From a virus, in IMG/VR virus record IMGVR_UViG_3300030109_006363, positions 4,713-68,712 of that record: a stretch of DNA of 64,000 nucleotides; one strand, written 5' to 3'. The position numbers and the translations under genes were made by a program. Under the pieces are notes generated by a model. The model was given only the letters and a program-made list of their open reading frames with translations, was not told where the DNA came from and did not search any database. Shown here in pieces: positions 9,766 to 18,918 of this stretch (the first letter of the stretch is position 1; each line of letters starts with the position of its first letter).

Positions 9766-10002
9766 ATGGATAAAACGTTTACTTTTGATCTAAAAGATGG
9801 TACTACTAAAACTATGCAGTTTGATGAATTTGTTAGATGGTGCTGCTTAATTGAAGCTGTGCAAGTAGTAGATAACAAACAAGATGTTAATACTACTAAT
9901 GATAAATGGATAAAGCCTTTAGCTTTTCAGAAATATATTGATGAAAGATTCCATTCTATGAAGCATGATCTCAAAGTAGAGGCTGCTATGGGTAATATTT
10001 AA
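9766..10002 (+). CDS. Hypothetical protein
   Basis: 78 aa ORF. Confidence 0.6.
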   Translation: MDKTFTFDLKDGTTKTMQFDEFVRWCCLIEAVQVVDNKQDVNTTNDKWIKPLAFQKYIDERFHSMKHDLKVEAAMGNI

Positions 10003-13000
10003 AATCCTAAAGTATTACACTCTTCATCTTCACATAGATTTATTTTTTCCCTAGCAGTAGTTTGAACAGGCTCTAAAGTCTCAGGTTCGTCTTCATCTTC
10101 TTCTAAATCTAAAGGAAGTGGAACAGCCAACGTTACATTTGTATCGAAGTTAACGTTACTTAAGAACGGAGGCTGCAACCCTAAAACAGGAGCTGGGAAA
10201 AGCAGTATTTCATCTTCAGGAATAACCTCTATTACTTCTGGACCCGGATTATCCGGGTCCTCTTGAGGAGGAATTCCTATACGTACAACAGGCCTTTTAC
10301 CGCAATTAGCTGGTGTAAAAGGTATAATAGGTATAAAAGGTATATCAGGTATATTAGGTATGTATGTAGGTGGTGGATCAAACGGTTCATCTACTGTTGT
10401 CGTAGTAGGGTCAAACGGTATACAACAACCACCGTCATCAGGTATACAAGTACCGCCTTCTGGTACACAAACACCACCGCCGGTAATACCTGATAAATCG
10501 CATGTACGACGTCTACCACCTGAGTCAGTTGTACCACTATCATCAGTTGTACTACTATCATCAGTGGTACCACTATCATCAGTTGTAGTACTATCATCAG
10601 TTGTACTACTATCATCAGTTGTAGTACTATCATCAGTTGTACTACTATCTTCAGATTCATAATCGTCTACTATATCGATATGTACATATATTGTTCCTGC
10701 ATTATAGCCTTGAGAAATTACAGCATCTACTACTATATTATCTAAAGTATTACCACCTACCAAATTACCCCTTGTCCCTATAATATCTACTCTAGCGTTT
10801 TCAAATCTTATTGATTCTACACCATCTAGTTTAGTAAGAACAAACGTAAATCTATTTACGTCTTGTGTTATAGTAAACACACCCTTACTTTTTAATGGCT
10901 TAAAGCCACCTTCGCCAACTATAGTAAGATCTAAATCTCCTTCATTAACTACTGTTAATGTATAAGTTTCCTTAGTGTCTTCTTTAGAGCCTAAACGGTC
11001 AGATAGTTTGGGATCATTTTCTGTAACAGGACCTGTAGATGGTGTCGTAGACGTAGTTCCTGTTTTACCATCTGATGTTTCAGTAGTAGTGGTTGTACTA
11101 CCATCAGGCTTTTCTGTAGTAGTTTCAGTAGTAGTAGTTTCAGTAGTTGTGGTTTCAGTTTTACCATCTGATGTTTCAGTAGTAGTTTTAGTTTCAACAG
11201 TAGTTTCTGTAACAGTCTCTGTACTACCATCTGATGTTTCAGTAGTAGTAGTTGTTGAATCTCCTGGGGTTTCTTCTACAGTTAATTTAGTACCACTAGG
11301 TGTTTCTGTAACAGTTTCAGTAGTACCATCTGTTTTTTCTGTACTAGTTTCAGTAGTACCGTCAGTATATTCAGTAGTAGTTACAGTGCCTTCATCCGTA
11401 GTTTCGGTAGTTGTTGTTTCTACAGTTGTGGTAAACTCTCTTCTTTCTTCCTCTTCTAAGTTATAATCGATACTAGTTAATGTATAATTAGTAGGAGTAT
11501 CAAGAAATTGTAAATCAATATCTGAAATTAATTTATTTATAACCTCAGTATTTCTACCACCAACTAACGGAGCACTTTGTGTTGTTCGAGTTATACCTAT
11601 TAAAACCGCTTCATCATTTATTACTGTAAGTATAGGACTACCGCTATCATTTGTTTGAAATCTGGTATTAAATCCTTGGTCTACAAAACTCTGTATACCG
11701 TTACCAAAATTAATTAAATCCGGATAATAATCATCACCTGCGGCATCAGTACTTAAAGTAATCTTGGTTAATTGAAATATACCTGAATTTTCTTTTTGAT
11801 TTGTAGCCCATATTAACGCACCTATGTCACGCGCTTCAAATCTAGGTCGTCGGTCAGGAACCCCTGGGACAAATACTCCATCAGAGGTAACCGATGCTAG
11901 GCTCAGCCATCCAAGCGTGGATGTCACCACCTCCAGCTCATCACTAGGAATATTATTTATAATATCACTAGGCATTACACGTATAAAGCCTATACTACTA
12001 GGTAAGTCGCTATCTAATACAGCTATACTTAAATCAGGTTGAGCTGTGGAACCCCGGCGCACCGGCATCGACTTATGACCTACAACCGTACGTTTAACTT
12101 CATTATTATCTTCATCATAAAACCCTAACTCATCACCTATTACTGGATTAGCAAAGCCAGCATGTTCTGATAATAATATATGCCTTGGTGTAATAGCTAC
12201 CCCGTGAGTAAATCTTGCTCTTCTTCTTTCCTCAGAATTATTAAATGCACTGATAGCAGTAATATTTTTTAAACCATACCCCCAGAAATCTGTATTTCTT
12301 TCAAGTTGTGGGTTAGATCTGTTAGCATTTATTTTACGTTCGTAATCATAATATAAGCTTTTAGTACTAGTACTTGAAGTTTTTCCTGCTAATCTATTTA
12401 AAATACCAATAGTACTAGCATTAAGCAAAGGCTGTAACAAATTTTCAGTAGGAGTTTCTTCAACTTGCTCTGTCTCTGAATCTGTATCTGTAGCATTGAA
12501 TACTTCAAAATCAGAAACATTGTCTAGTGGCTCTACTAAGTCGCTCTCCTGTGGAACAACAGTGCTTATATCTAATTCTTGGACACTACCTTCTACACTA
12601 CCTACTATAGCATCAATAACTTGGTTTGTAGGGTCAATACCCAAGTATTCCTCTTCTGTAGTTGCAGTTGATTCGATAGGTTGTTCTGGTTCTTCTTCAA
12701 AAGAAGGTTCATCTTCTTCATCTACTATACTTGGAGGTGTTACTTCTTCTTCGACTAAAAAACTGCCATAATCTACTGCAGGGGTAGGCTGTTTATCGTG
12801 GATAGTCTTTTCGTGAGTGGCTTCAGTAGATTCTGTATCTGGTAACTCTTGATCAGGTCTTACTGGTATAGATATTGTAGTAATTAATGGAGCGCCTACT
12901 TGATTAGCATACTGAATTTGTACTGAAGCATCCATACTACCGTCTTCAGGATCTGCGATTAAAGTTACATAATCTTCAATAGCTATAAAATGAGAATCAA

Positions 13001-13259
13001 ATGAAGGATCATAGTAAGTAGCAGCTCTTCCAGTTTTTAAAGTTGAAGGATCACCAAATTCATCTCTTTCACCATTTTCATCATAAACGTAATATTCTAT
13101 ATCAATATTTTCACCTTCAATCTCCCTATCTATTTCAAATCCCCTTAAATAAATTTCCCCCGTTACACCATCATAATTACCTACAGCATTAAGATATACT
13201 GGTTCAACTATATCATAATCGCTTACATCTGGAATTACCTGTATTTGAGAAAGTTGCAT
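9999..13259 (-). CDS. Large acidic protein with trypsin-like serine protease domain and Thr/Ser-rich repeats (probably virion-associated)
   Basis: AITPRHILLSEHAG (His), PDLSIAVLD (Asp), NDSGSP (Ser), LIGIT; T/E-rich and DDSxTT repeats; last gene of the tail-fibre block. Confidence 0.7.
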   Translation of the reverse strand: MQLSQIQVIPDVSDYDIVEPVYLNAVGNYDGVTGEIYLRGFEIDREIEGENIDIEYYVYDENGERDEFGDPSTLKTGRAATYYDPSFDSHFIAIEDYVTLIADPEDGSMDASVQIQYANQVGAPLITTISIPVRPDQELPDTESTEATHEKTIHDKQPTPAVDYGSFLVEEEVTPPSIVDEEDEPSFEEEPEQPIESTATTEEEYLGIDPTNQVIDAIVGSVEGSVQELDISTVVPQESDLVEPLDNVSDFEVFNATDTDSETEQVEETPTENLLQPLLNASTIGILNRLAGKTSSTSTKSLYYDYERKINANRSNPQLERNTDFWGYGLKNITAISAFNNSEERRRARFTHGVAITPRHILLSEHAGFANPVIGDELGFYDEDNNEVKRTVVGHKSMPVRRGSTAQPDLSIAVLDSDLPSSIGFIRVMPSDIINNIPSDELEVVTSTLGWLSLASVTSDGVFVPGVPDRRPRFEARDIGALIWATNQKENSGIFQLTKITLSTDAAGDDYYPDLINFGNGIQSFVDQGFNTRFQTNDSGSPILTVINDEAVLIGITRTTQSAPLVGGRNTEVINKLISDIDLQFLDTPTNYTLTSIDYNLEEEERREFTTTVETTTTETTDEGTVTTTEYTDGTTETSTEKTDGTTETVTETPSGTKLTVEETPGDSTTTTTETSDGSTETVTETTVETKTTTETSDGKTETTTTETTTTETTTEKPDGSTTTTTETSDGKTGTTSTTPSTGPVTENDPKLSDRLGSKEDTKETYTLTVVNEGDLDLTIVGEGGFKPLKSKGVFTITQDVNRFTFVLTKLDGVESIRFENARVDIIGTRGNLVGGNTLDNIVVDAVISQGYNAGTIYVHIDIVDDYESEDSSTTDDSTTTDDSSTTDDSTTTDDSGTTDDSSTTDDSGTTDSGGRRRTCDLSGITGGGVCVPEGGTCIPDDGGCCIPFDPTTTTVDEPFDPPPTYIPNIPDIPFIPIIPFTPANCGKRPVVRIGIPPQEDPDNPGPEVIEVIPEDEILLFPAPVLGLQPPFLSNVNFDTNVTLAVPLPLDLEEDEDEPETLEPVQTTAREKINLCEDEECNTLGF
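10525..10650. repeat. 7 x 18-bp tandem repeat encoding DDS(S/T/G)TT
   Basis: Unit TCAGTTGTA(C/G)(T/C)ACTATCA repeated seven times in frame. Confidence 0.9.
11040..11430. repeat. Degenerate coding repeats (TTTETSDG(K/S)TET)
   Basis: Recurrent CCATCTGATGTTTCAGTAGTAGT and GTTTCAGTAGTA units. Confidence 0.75.
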
Positions 13260-14119
13260 TATACATCTATGTTTGTGACAGTCGCAAAGGCTTCATTTGA
13301 ATTTACCGATAGTGATGGTGTAGTTACTGTCTCTGTTAATACCTCTTCTCCTTCAAATCCTTCTACATTAAAATTACGTAAGAAAAAGTTCTTTGCTGAT
13401 AATCCAGTATTAGTAGTTGATACAGGTGTAGTGAATGAAAATCCGCAATAGATATTATCTAAATTATCAAAATTAGTTAATCTTGGCTCTAAATTTATAG
13501 TAGTTAATAGAGTATAATTAGTGGTGTTGTCTTCTCTAAAATCAATATGTATCTTTTGACCTAAATTGACATATCTAAATCTTAAAGCTCTAAAGCTGTT
13601 AGTAGATAATGTACTAAAAACATTTGAAATAGTTGATAGGGGTGAATTAGCTCTTATATTATGGAGAACGTCTCTAACCACTAGTGATTCTCTGTTAATT
13701 AAATGCGGGCCCACGCCGGGTCTATCATCTCTACCAGATAAAGCATACATACCCGTAGAATCAAAAGCTACTTTTACTAAACTACCACTTAAAATGCCCC
13801 CTTCTAGAAGAATAGTAGAGTCATCTTCAGTTTTTAAAACTAACGGTGATTCAGTTAATAAAGCGTGGGCAGATAAAATAAATTCTGGATCTTGGTCGCC
13901 TATATACTGCCCAGGGAGAGAGGATAAAGGAGCTTGAAGATTAGTAATAAAAGTACTAAATCCCAATTCATAGTTTACTGGATCAGGTATATTACTAGAT
14001 GGTAAGCTATATTCAAACGACCATGTAATATCATAATTAGAGTTAAACTTCTTACTTTGTTCTACAAAAGTAAAATATCTCGCATCTGCCGGAAGTTTTA
14101 TGTCACTAGGAAAGCCCAT
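13259..14119 (-). CDS. Putative L-type lectin / ConA-like fold virion protein
   Basis: LGFSTFI, VKVAFDSTG and IYCGFSFT resemble the legume-lectin strands GxAF, VAVEFDT and VxVGFSA; TAAATA 6 nt upstream. Confidence 0.5.
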   Translation of the reverse strand: MGFPSDIKLPADARYFTFVEQSKKFNSNYDITWSFEYSLPSSNIPDPVNYELGFSTFITNLQAPLSSLPGQYIGDQDPEFILSAHALLTESPLVLKTEDDSTILLEGGILSGSLVKVAFDSTGMYALSGRDDRPGVGPHLINRESLVVRDVLHNIRANSPLSTISNVFSTLSTNSFRALRFRYVNLGQKIHIDFREDNTTNYTLLTTINLEPRLTNFDNLDNIYCGFSFTTPVSTTNTGLSAKNFFLRNFNVEGFEGEEVLTETVTTPSLSVNSNEAFATVTNIDV

Positions 14120-14136
14120 TAATTATATTTAATTAC

Positions 14137-14349
14137 TCAACCTAATATAAAAGTACAGGTATAAGAATTTGTTATATGAAGCTTAGTTTTAAATACTAAA
14201 AAATATCCCATTTTTTGTAATTCTTTTTTTAAAGTATTCATATAATCTTCATGAATATTTACAAGTATACTTTCAGATTCTTCATCAAAAAGAACGTAAT
14301 CAGAAAATTCTTCACATAAAGAACTACCTTTCCATACACTTGCTTCCAT
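14137..14349 (-). CDS. Hypothetical protein
   Basis: 70 aa; TAAATA 5 nt upstream. Confidence 0.55.
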   Translation of the reverse strand: MEASVWKGSSLCEEFSDYVLFDEESESILVNIHEDYMNTLKKELQKMGYFLVFKTKLHITNSYTCTFILG

Positions 14350-14357
14350 ACAAGTAT

Positions 14358-14522
14358 TTATTCATCAAAAGCATTAATAATTTTTTCTATTTTTTCAATT
14401 AATATACTATTGTTAGCGAATAAATTTGAATCACTAAATTTAAATCTTGTATTGTTAGATAAAATTTCTTTTAAAATTTTAAAATCTTCGTAGTCTAAAC
14501 CTTCTACTATAATTTCTTCCAT
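14358..14522 (-). CDS. Small hypothetical protein (54 aa, not in ORF track)
   Basis: Read manually: MEEIIVEGLDYEDFKILKEILSNNTRFKFSDSNLFANNSILIEKIEKIINAFDE*; fills the intergenic gap. Confidence 0.55.
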   Translation of the reverse strand: MEEIIVEGLDYEDFKILKEILSNNTRFKFSDSNLFANNSILIEKIEKIINAFDE

Positions 14523-14554
14523 AATTTAGTTATATGAAAAAAAAGTAAAAGCAA

Positions 14555-16231
14555 CTATGACCATTCAAGTATAACTACCCCGTTACTCGGAGGAGGTCCA
14601 AACGCTCCTATACCATGTCCATGGGCTCCTTGACCACCACCCGGAGCCGGGGCATTACCAAAGAAAGAAGAACCTCCAACTGATTCTTCGCTGCCATCAT
14701 CATTAGTATCCATTTTACCAGATCCTCCCTTAATTACGTAGCCGTTTAAAATAAATGCGTTAGAAGTATCAACAGTGCCATCAGCTACTGTATGATCCTG
14801 ATAAGGCGGACTCTCAACATTGCCTTCATATATACCACCATTTGCTTGTACTAATAAAGTACCATCTTCAGTAAAGATTTTTGAAGGTCTACCATTTTGT
14901 GGAGCCTCTGCTGATGTAAATCCGGTTCCTACTTGAATTTTAAATATAGTACCTGACTTAGCAGAGAGATTACCAATTACAGTAGCACTAGCACCGCCTG
15001 CGGAATCACCACCTTTAGCACCTGTTCCTGTTACCGTGTACTTAATAAAATTAATACCATCTGGTACAGTGAAGTCAGTAGTACCGGCTGTATCAAAAAT
15101 AACCATACCCGGCGCCGGTCTTTCAATTACTAAATTACCACTTAGAGGGTTAAATTCAACCCCTGTTTTATCTACACCACCTGTACCAGCAGGATTAAAC
15201 ATTGTAGCTGATAAATTATGTTTTATAGTGAAGGTAGGCGACGTAACACCACCTATAGCTTTTATAATAAAGTTTGTACCAGCAGCAGAAAGACTTGGAG
15301 TCGCTCCATGAAAAGCTGTTGTAATTGGGTATACAGTACTTCCTGCAGGTACCCCGCTAGGCTCGCCATATAAAGCTTTTGATAGTAAATTAGGTACTCT
15401 AAAATGATCTGCTGTTGTTCCGGCTATATTATAATCAGTACCAATAGTTGCTGATAAATCTGGGTAAGAAGTACTTGAATATTCTGCTCCATCGCATTCT
15501 AACCAACCATAAGGAATTCCATTACTAGCTGAAGCAAAAGGTACTATAGTACCTACTGGTAAAACGCTTGCTGTAGTAGGCGCCACGCCTGTAGTTATAA
15601 CGCTTGGAACAGCCCAATTCAAATTACCTGAAGCATCAGAGTTTAAAAATGTATTACTAGTCGGACTTACTCCAGGAAAGTTATAATCGATTGAATTTAT
15701 CTTTAGCTTTGATGGGAGCTGTAAAAAGCTATTAGTATCTACTGTATTTCTTAAAATGTTATCAACTTTTATAGTTGAGCTTAAGCTTATTTTTTCTGAA
15801 CTTATTTCTAAAGAATTATTTAAACAATCGGGTGAAAAATTACCTGATGAAAGAACACCTACTGTAATCTTATTATCGGAGCCTATAAGTATAGTACCAT
15901 CACCAGCGCTTAATAAATTAGATACAGTAAGCCAGTCAGTATCTACAGCTCCATTACCATTTTGAAGTACTTTAAGAGTATTAGTATCAGTCTCAAAGAC
16001 ATAATCTCCAGTTACACATGGTGCTAAAGATGTTGCTAATGCAGCTTTGCCTTTATATTTATTGCCTACAACTAAACCGCCTTTATCTGTTCCGTTACCT
16101 ATATATAATCTTTCTGAATCAGTAGTGTATCCTAACTCTCCTGCATTTAAGGTAATATTTTTACGGTCAGCGTCTGTACCTCTTCTAACAAGAAGCTTAA
16201 TTAACGTATTTTCTAAGATTTCAATAGACAT
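14555..16231 (-). CDS. Tail fibre protein with Mtd-N-like and tail-collar domains and Gly-rich C-terminus
   Basis: LLVRRGT...GELGYTTDSERLYIGNG; PVGTIVPF...GWLECDG...YPDL...FRVPNL. Confidence 0.8.
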   Translation of the reverse strand: MSIEILENTLIKLLVRRGTDADRKNITLNAGELGYTTDSERLYIGNGTDKGGLVVGNKYKGKAALATSLAPCVTGDYVFETDTNTLKVLQNGNGAVDTDWLTVSNLLSAGDGTILIGSDNKITVGVLSSGNFSPDCLNNSLEISSEKISLSSTIKVDNILRNTVDTNSFLQLPSKLKINSIDYNFPGVSPTSNTFLNSDASGNLNWAVPSVITTGVAPTTASVLPVGTIVPFASASNGIPYGWLECDGAEYSSTSYPDLSATIGTDYNIAGTTADHFRVPNLLSKALYGEPSGVPAGSTVYPITTAFHGATPSLSAAGTNFIIKAIGGVTSPTFTIKHNLSATMFNPAGTGGVDKTGVEFNPLSGNLVIERPAPGMVIFDTAGTTDFTVPDGINFIKYTVTGTGAKGGDSAGGASATVIGNLSAKSGTIFKIQVGTGFTSAEAPQNGRPSKIFTEDGTLLVQANGGIYEGNVESPPYQDHTVADGTVDTSNAFILNGYVIKGGSGKMDTNDDGSEESVGGSSFFGNAPAPGGGQGAHGHGIGAFGPPPSNGVVILEWS

Positions 16232-16236
16232 ATTTA

Positions 16237-17745
16237 TTAGTAGTTAAAAATTGGTATTGCATATTTATCAAATATTCCGTCACTTTCACTATTTCTTACT
16301 TCACCTGAAAGAGCGAAAGTTATAAATCCAGCTGAACTTAATGATATCTGTTCGCCATTACTGTCGACACCTCTATATACTTGATTATTATTTCTCCCTA
16401 CAGCATTTATAGAAACAGCGTCAGGCGCACCGTTGAATATGTTAGTAAAGGCATCTTCTTTATATTTAATAATAAAGTTAACTCCAAACCCACTTAATAT
16501 AGCACCAGTAGCATTCGTATCCCCATCTAAGAATTTTTGTGATCCGGTAAAATCTCCTGCTATAGGAGCTTCAGCACCAGCACCATATAATACTGCTGGC
16601 ATACCCCCTCCAGTTAAGTTAGGTAAAGTGAATGTATTACCGGTACCGTCGCCATTACCGTAACTAGTACCTATTACACTAAACAAATCAGAATATTCGG
16701 TTTGACTTAAAGTCCTACCATTAGCTAGTAAAAATCCATTCGGTACTGAATTTGTAAAAGCACGAGCATGCGGTAATATAGTTCCTACAGGAATTGAACT
16801 GTTTGTACCTTCAGTACCGGATAGAGCTAGTCCTGTAACGACATCAAAAATAGAAGTTGTAATAGTTTTTATTAATCCATTAGTAGTAGTAATTCTTGGA
16901 AATTCAATTGCCGTTGCATCACTTGCAGTTGATCCAGCTGAATTCAACTCACCATCAGTTAAAGTAAAATTACTTACATTTACTGATCTGATATTTGATT
17001 TAAGCTTTCTAGTAATAGGGTCTATCTCTAATCCACTACCAACTAGATTAGTACCACCGGTACCTGCCCAACTTTCAGCAGAAATTTCAGTATTACCAAC
17101 GCCTTTAAAGGTTAGATTATGATCAACATCAAATTCGAATTGATCATGATTTATTTTAAGTTTTAATGGGGTATTATTACCACCAACTAAACCAGATGAA
17201 AGAGCAGTAGTTGCTATTTCCCTTTCTGTTATTGAGGCAGCTACAGGTGATATTTTAGAATTAGATAATTCAAAATATGTAGAATTTAGATTTACTTCTA
17301 CAACACCACCAGTGCTTGATAATAATCCTGATCCAAAAAACTCAGATTTAAAAAAAGTAGAATCGAATTGACTAGTATTAAGCGTTAACTTATTATTTGC
17401 GTCAAATTTTACTAATGTGCCATCCGGTACATTTCCTATATATGAATAACCTGATAGTGAGTCATTATAATTAGTAGAAGTTAACATATATAAACGGCTA
17501 TCTGCATAACCTATATCTCCTACTTGTAAGCCAGGTGAACTATCAGGACCTAAGCTAGAATTGTTTGAAAAAGGTCCTATATTTTTATTACTTACAGATT
17601 GACCTCCAAATGTAGAACCATCACCAACAAACAGCCTTCTAGTATCAAGAGTATAACCAATTTCCCCTTGATCAAGAACTATAGTTTCACGTTGCGCGTC
17701 TGAACCACGTCTAACTTTTAATTTTACTATGCTTATATTTGCCAT
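16237..17745 (-). CDS. Tail fibre protein with Mtd-N-like and tail-collar domains
   Basis: LKVRRGS...GEIGYTLDTRRLFVGDG; PVGTILP...GFLLANG...YSDLFSVIG...FTLPNL; start moved to ATG 17745 to avoid overlap. Confidence 0.8.
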   Translation of the reverse strand: MANISIVKLKVRRGSDAQRETIVLDQGEIGYTLDTRRLFVGDGSTFGGQSVSNKNIGPFSNNSSLGPDSSPGLQVGDIGYADSRLYMLTSTNYNDSLSGYSYIGNVPDGTLVKFDANNKLTLNTSQFDSTFFKSEFFGSGLLSSTGGVVEVNLNSTYFELSNSKISPVAASITEREIATTALSSGLVGGNNTPLKLKINHDQFEFDVDHNLTFKGVGNTEISAESWAGTGGTNLVGSGLEIDPITRKLKSNIRSVNVSNFTLTDGELNSAGSTASDATAIEFPRITTTNGLIKTITTSIFDVVTGLALSGTEGTNSSIPVGTILPHARAFTNSVPNGFLLANGRTLSQTEYSDLFSVIGTSYGNGDGTGNTFTLPNLTGGGMPAVLYGAGAEAPIAGDFTGSQKFLDGDTNATGAILSGFGVNFIIKYKEDAFTNIFNGAPDAVSINAVGRNNNQVYRGVDSNGEQISLSSAGFITFALSGEVRNSESDGIFDKYAIPIFNY

Positions 17746-17749
17746 AAAT

Positions 17750-18889
17750 TTATGATATTCGTTTCCATACATACACACCATACGATGGAGGTATGTTATT
17801 ATGTGCTATATCCCTTCCAACTGATGCTGAAACTCTTGTATTATTTGCACTCTCATCTCTATTTATTACATCAGTAGGTGCTGTAACAATAGGTACGTTA
17901 CTATTTTGTGCTAAAAAATCACCTGCAGTTGCGTCACCTATATCAACTGCACCTAGCTCTAAAGCGTATTCGTAAGGAGTCTTTGTTAGAGTGACAGGAT
18001 TTCTATTTACTGTACCTACCTGTACATTCGAATCAGAAACAAATCTCGTCTCCCCGTTCCATATACCTATCATTTCTTTAAATTTATAATCTACTGCCCA
18101 GTTAGTAATATAGGAACTTCTTACTGCTGCAGAATAATTAGCTGCTGAGCCTCTATCAAAACCAAAATCTAATGCATACAACCACGGGTAAGCTAATATA
18201 TTATCTTGAAAAGACGAATCTTTGTAATTTATTAAAAATTGATTTTCATACTCACCAGGAAAAGCATAAATCTTTGCACCTAGGGCTAGCCTAGCTCTTT
18301 GTTGTTCGCCAAATGTAAGAGTTGAATCAGTTGTACCTACTCCTGGTGCTTGAAAGGATAAGTTGGTGCCAGCAGTATTAGGTATTTGTACGTCAAGAGC
18401 GCCTATATTTACATCATGTGTATGAGCCGGAAGATTATTTTGATTTAACGTAGTTAAATATTCCCCAGCAGTATCACCATTACCACCTCTTAACCCCAAA
18501 GCTTCTTCTTCTTCACCACCCGGGCAAAATTCTCTGGTATCACCATTTTTATCTGTAAGAGTACCGGTACCAACTAAGAATCTACCTTGTGCTACTTGCT
18601 CCCAAACAGTACCAGCTATTCTGTTAGTTGGATTATCTTCAGTTAAGGTAAGCTGTATACAGCCTATAGGATAAAAACTATCTAACCATTCAAGAGGGGG
18701 TCGTGTAGTAAACCCTTGAGGGTATATATAATTACTAATTACAACTCTTTCACCACTTAGAGCTAATCCTGTTGAGTTACCTGCTCCATCAAATACTTTG
18801 TTAAGATTTGAAGAAAGTTCAGCTCCGCTTAAATGTAAAAGAGAAGTATATAAATCAGATATAAATTGATTTTCTAAACTTTCAGGCAT
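17750..18889 (-). CDS. Baseplate/fibre protein (gp10 C-terminal / collar-like)
   Basis: YPIGCI...GTVWEQVAQGRFLVG...NLPAHTH...HNNIPPSYGVYVWKR. Confidence 0.75.
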   Translation of the reverse strand: MPESLENQFISDLYTSLLHLSGAELSSNLNKVFDGAGNSTGLALSGERVVISNYIYPQGFTTRPPLEWLDSFYPIGCIQLTLTEDNPTNRIAGTVWEQVAQGRFLVGTGTLTDKNGDTREFCPGGEEEEALGLRGGNGDTAGEYLTTLNQNNLPAHTHDVNIGALDVQIPNTAGTNLSFQAPGVGTTDSTLTFGEQQRARLALGAKIYAFPGEYENQFLINYKDSSFQDNILAYPWLYALDFGFDRGSAANYSAAVRSSYITNWAVDYKFKEMIGIWNGETRFVSDSNVQVGTVNRNPVTLTKTPYEYALELGAVDIGDATAGDFLAQNSNVPIVTAPTDVINRDESANNTRVSASVGRDIAHNNIPPSYGVYVWKRIS

Positions 18890-18918
18890 ACCATTATTTA
18901 TTCGTTAAACATTAAATA

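Noticed and set aside
9744-9770. GGAACT as an ECF-sigma -35 element
   Set aside because: No ECF-type -10 at 16-17 nt; the motif sits a fixed 4 nt from a TATAAT-like hexamer.
10525-10650. 18-bp tandem array as a possible CRISPR or iteron array
   Set aside because: No unique spacers, unit length is a multiple of 3, and it is in frame within a CDS.
10263-12771. Several ORFs antisense or frame-shifted within the 1086-aa gene (e.g. 10360..10662, 10391..10660, 10975..11466)
   Set aside because: Val/Ser-rich shadows of the Thr/Asp repeats; no start signals.
14555-17745. Mtd-N-like domains suggesting a diversity-generating retroelement
   Set aside because: Only the N-terminal fibre-anchoring motif is present; no RT, TR/VR pair or C-type lectin tip seen.
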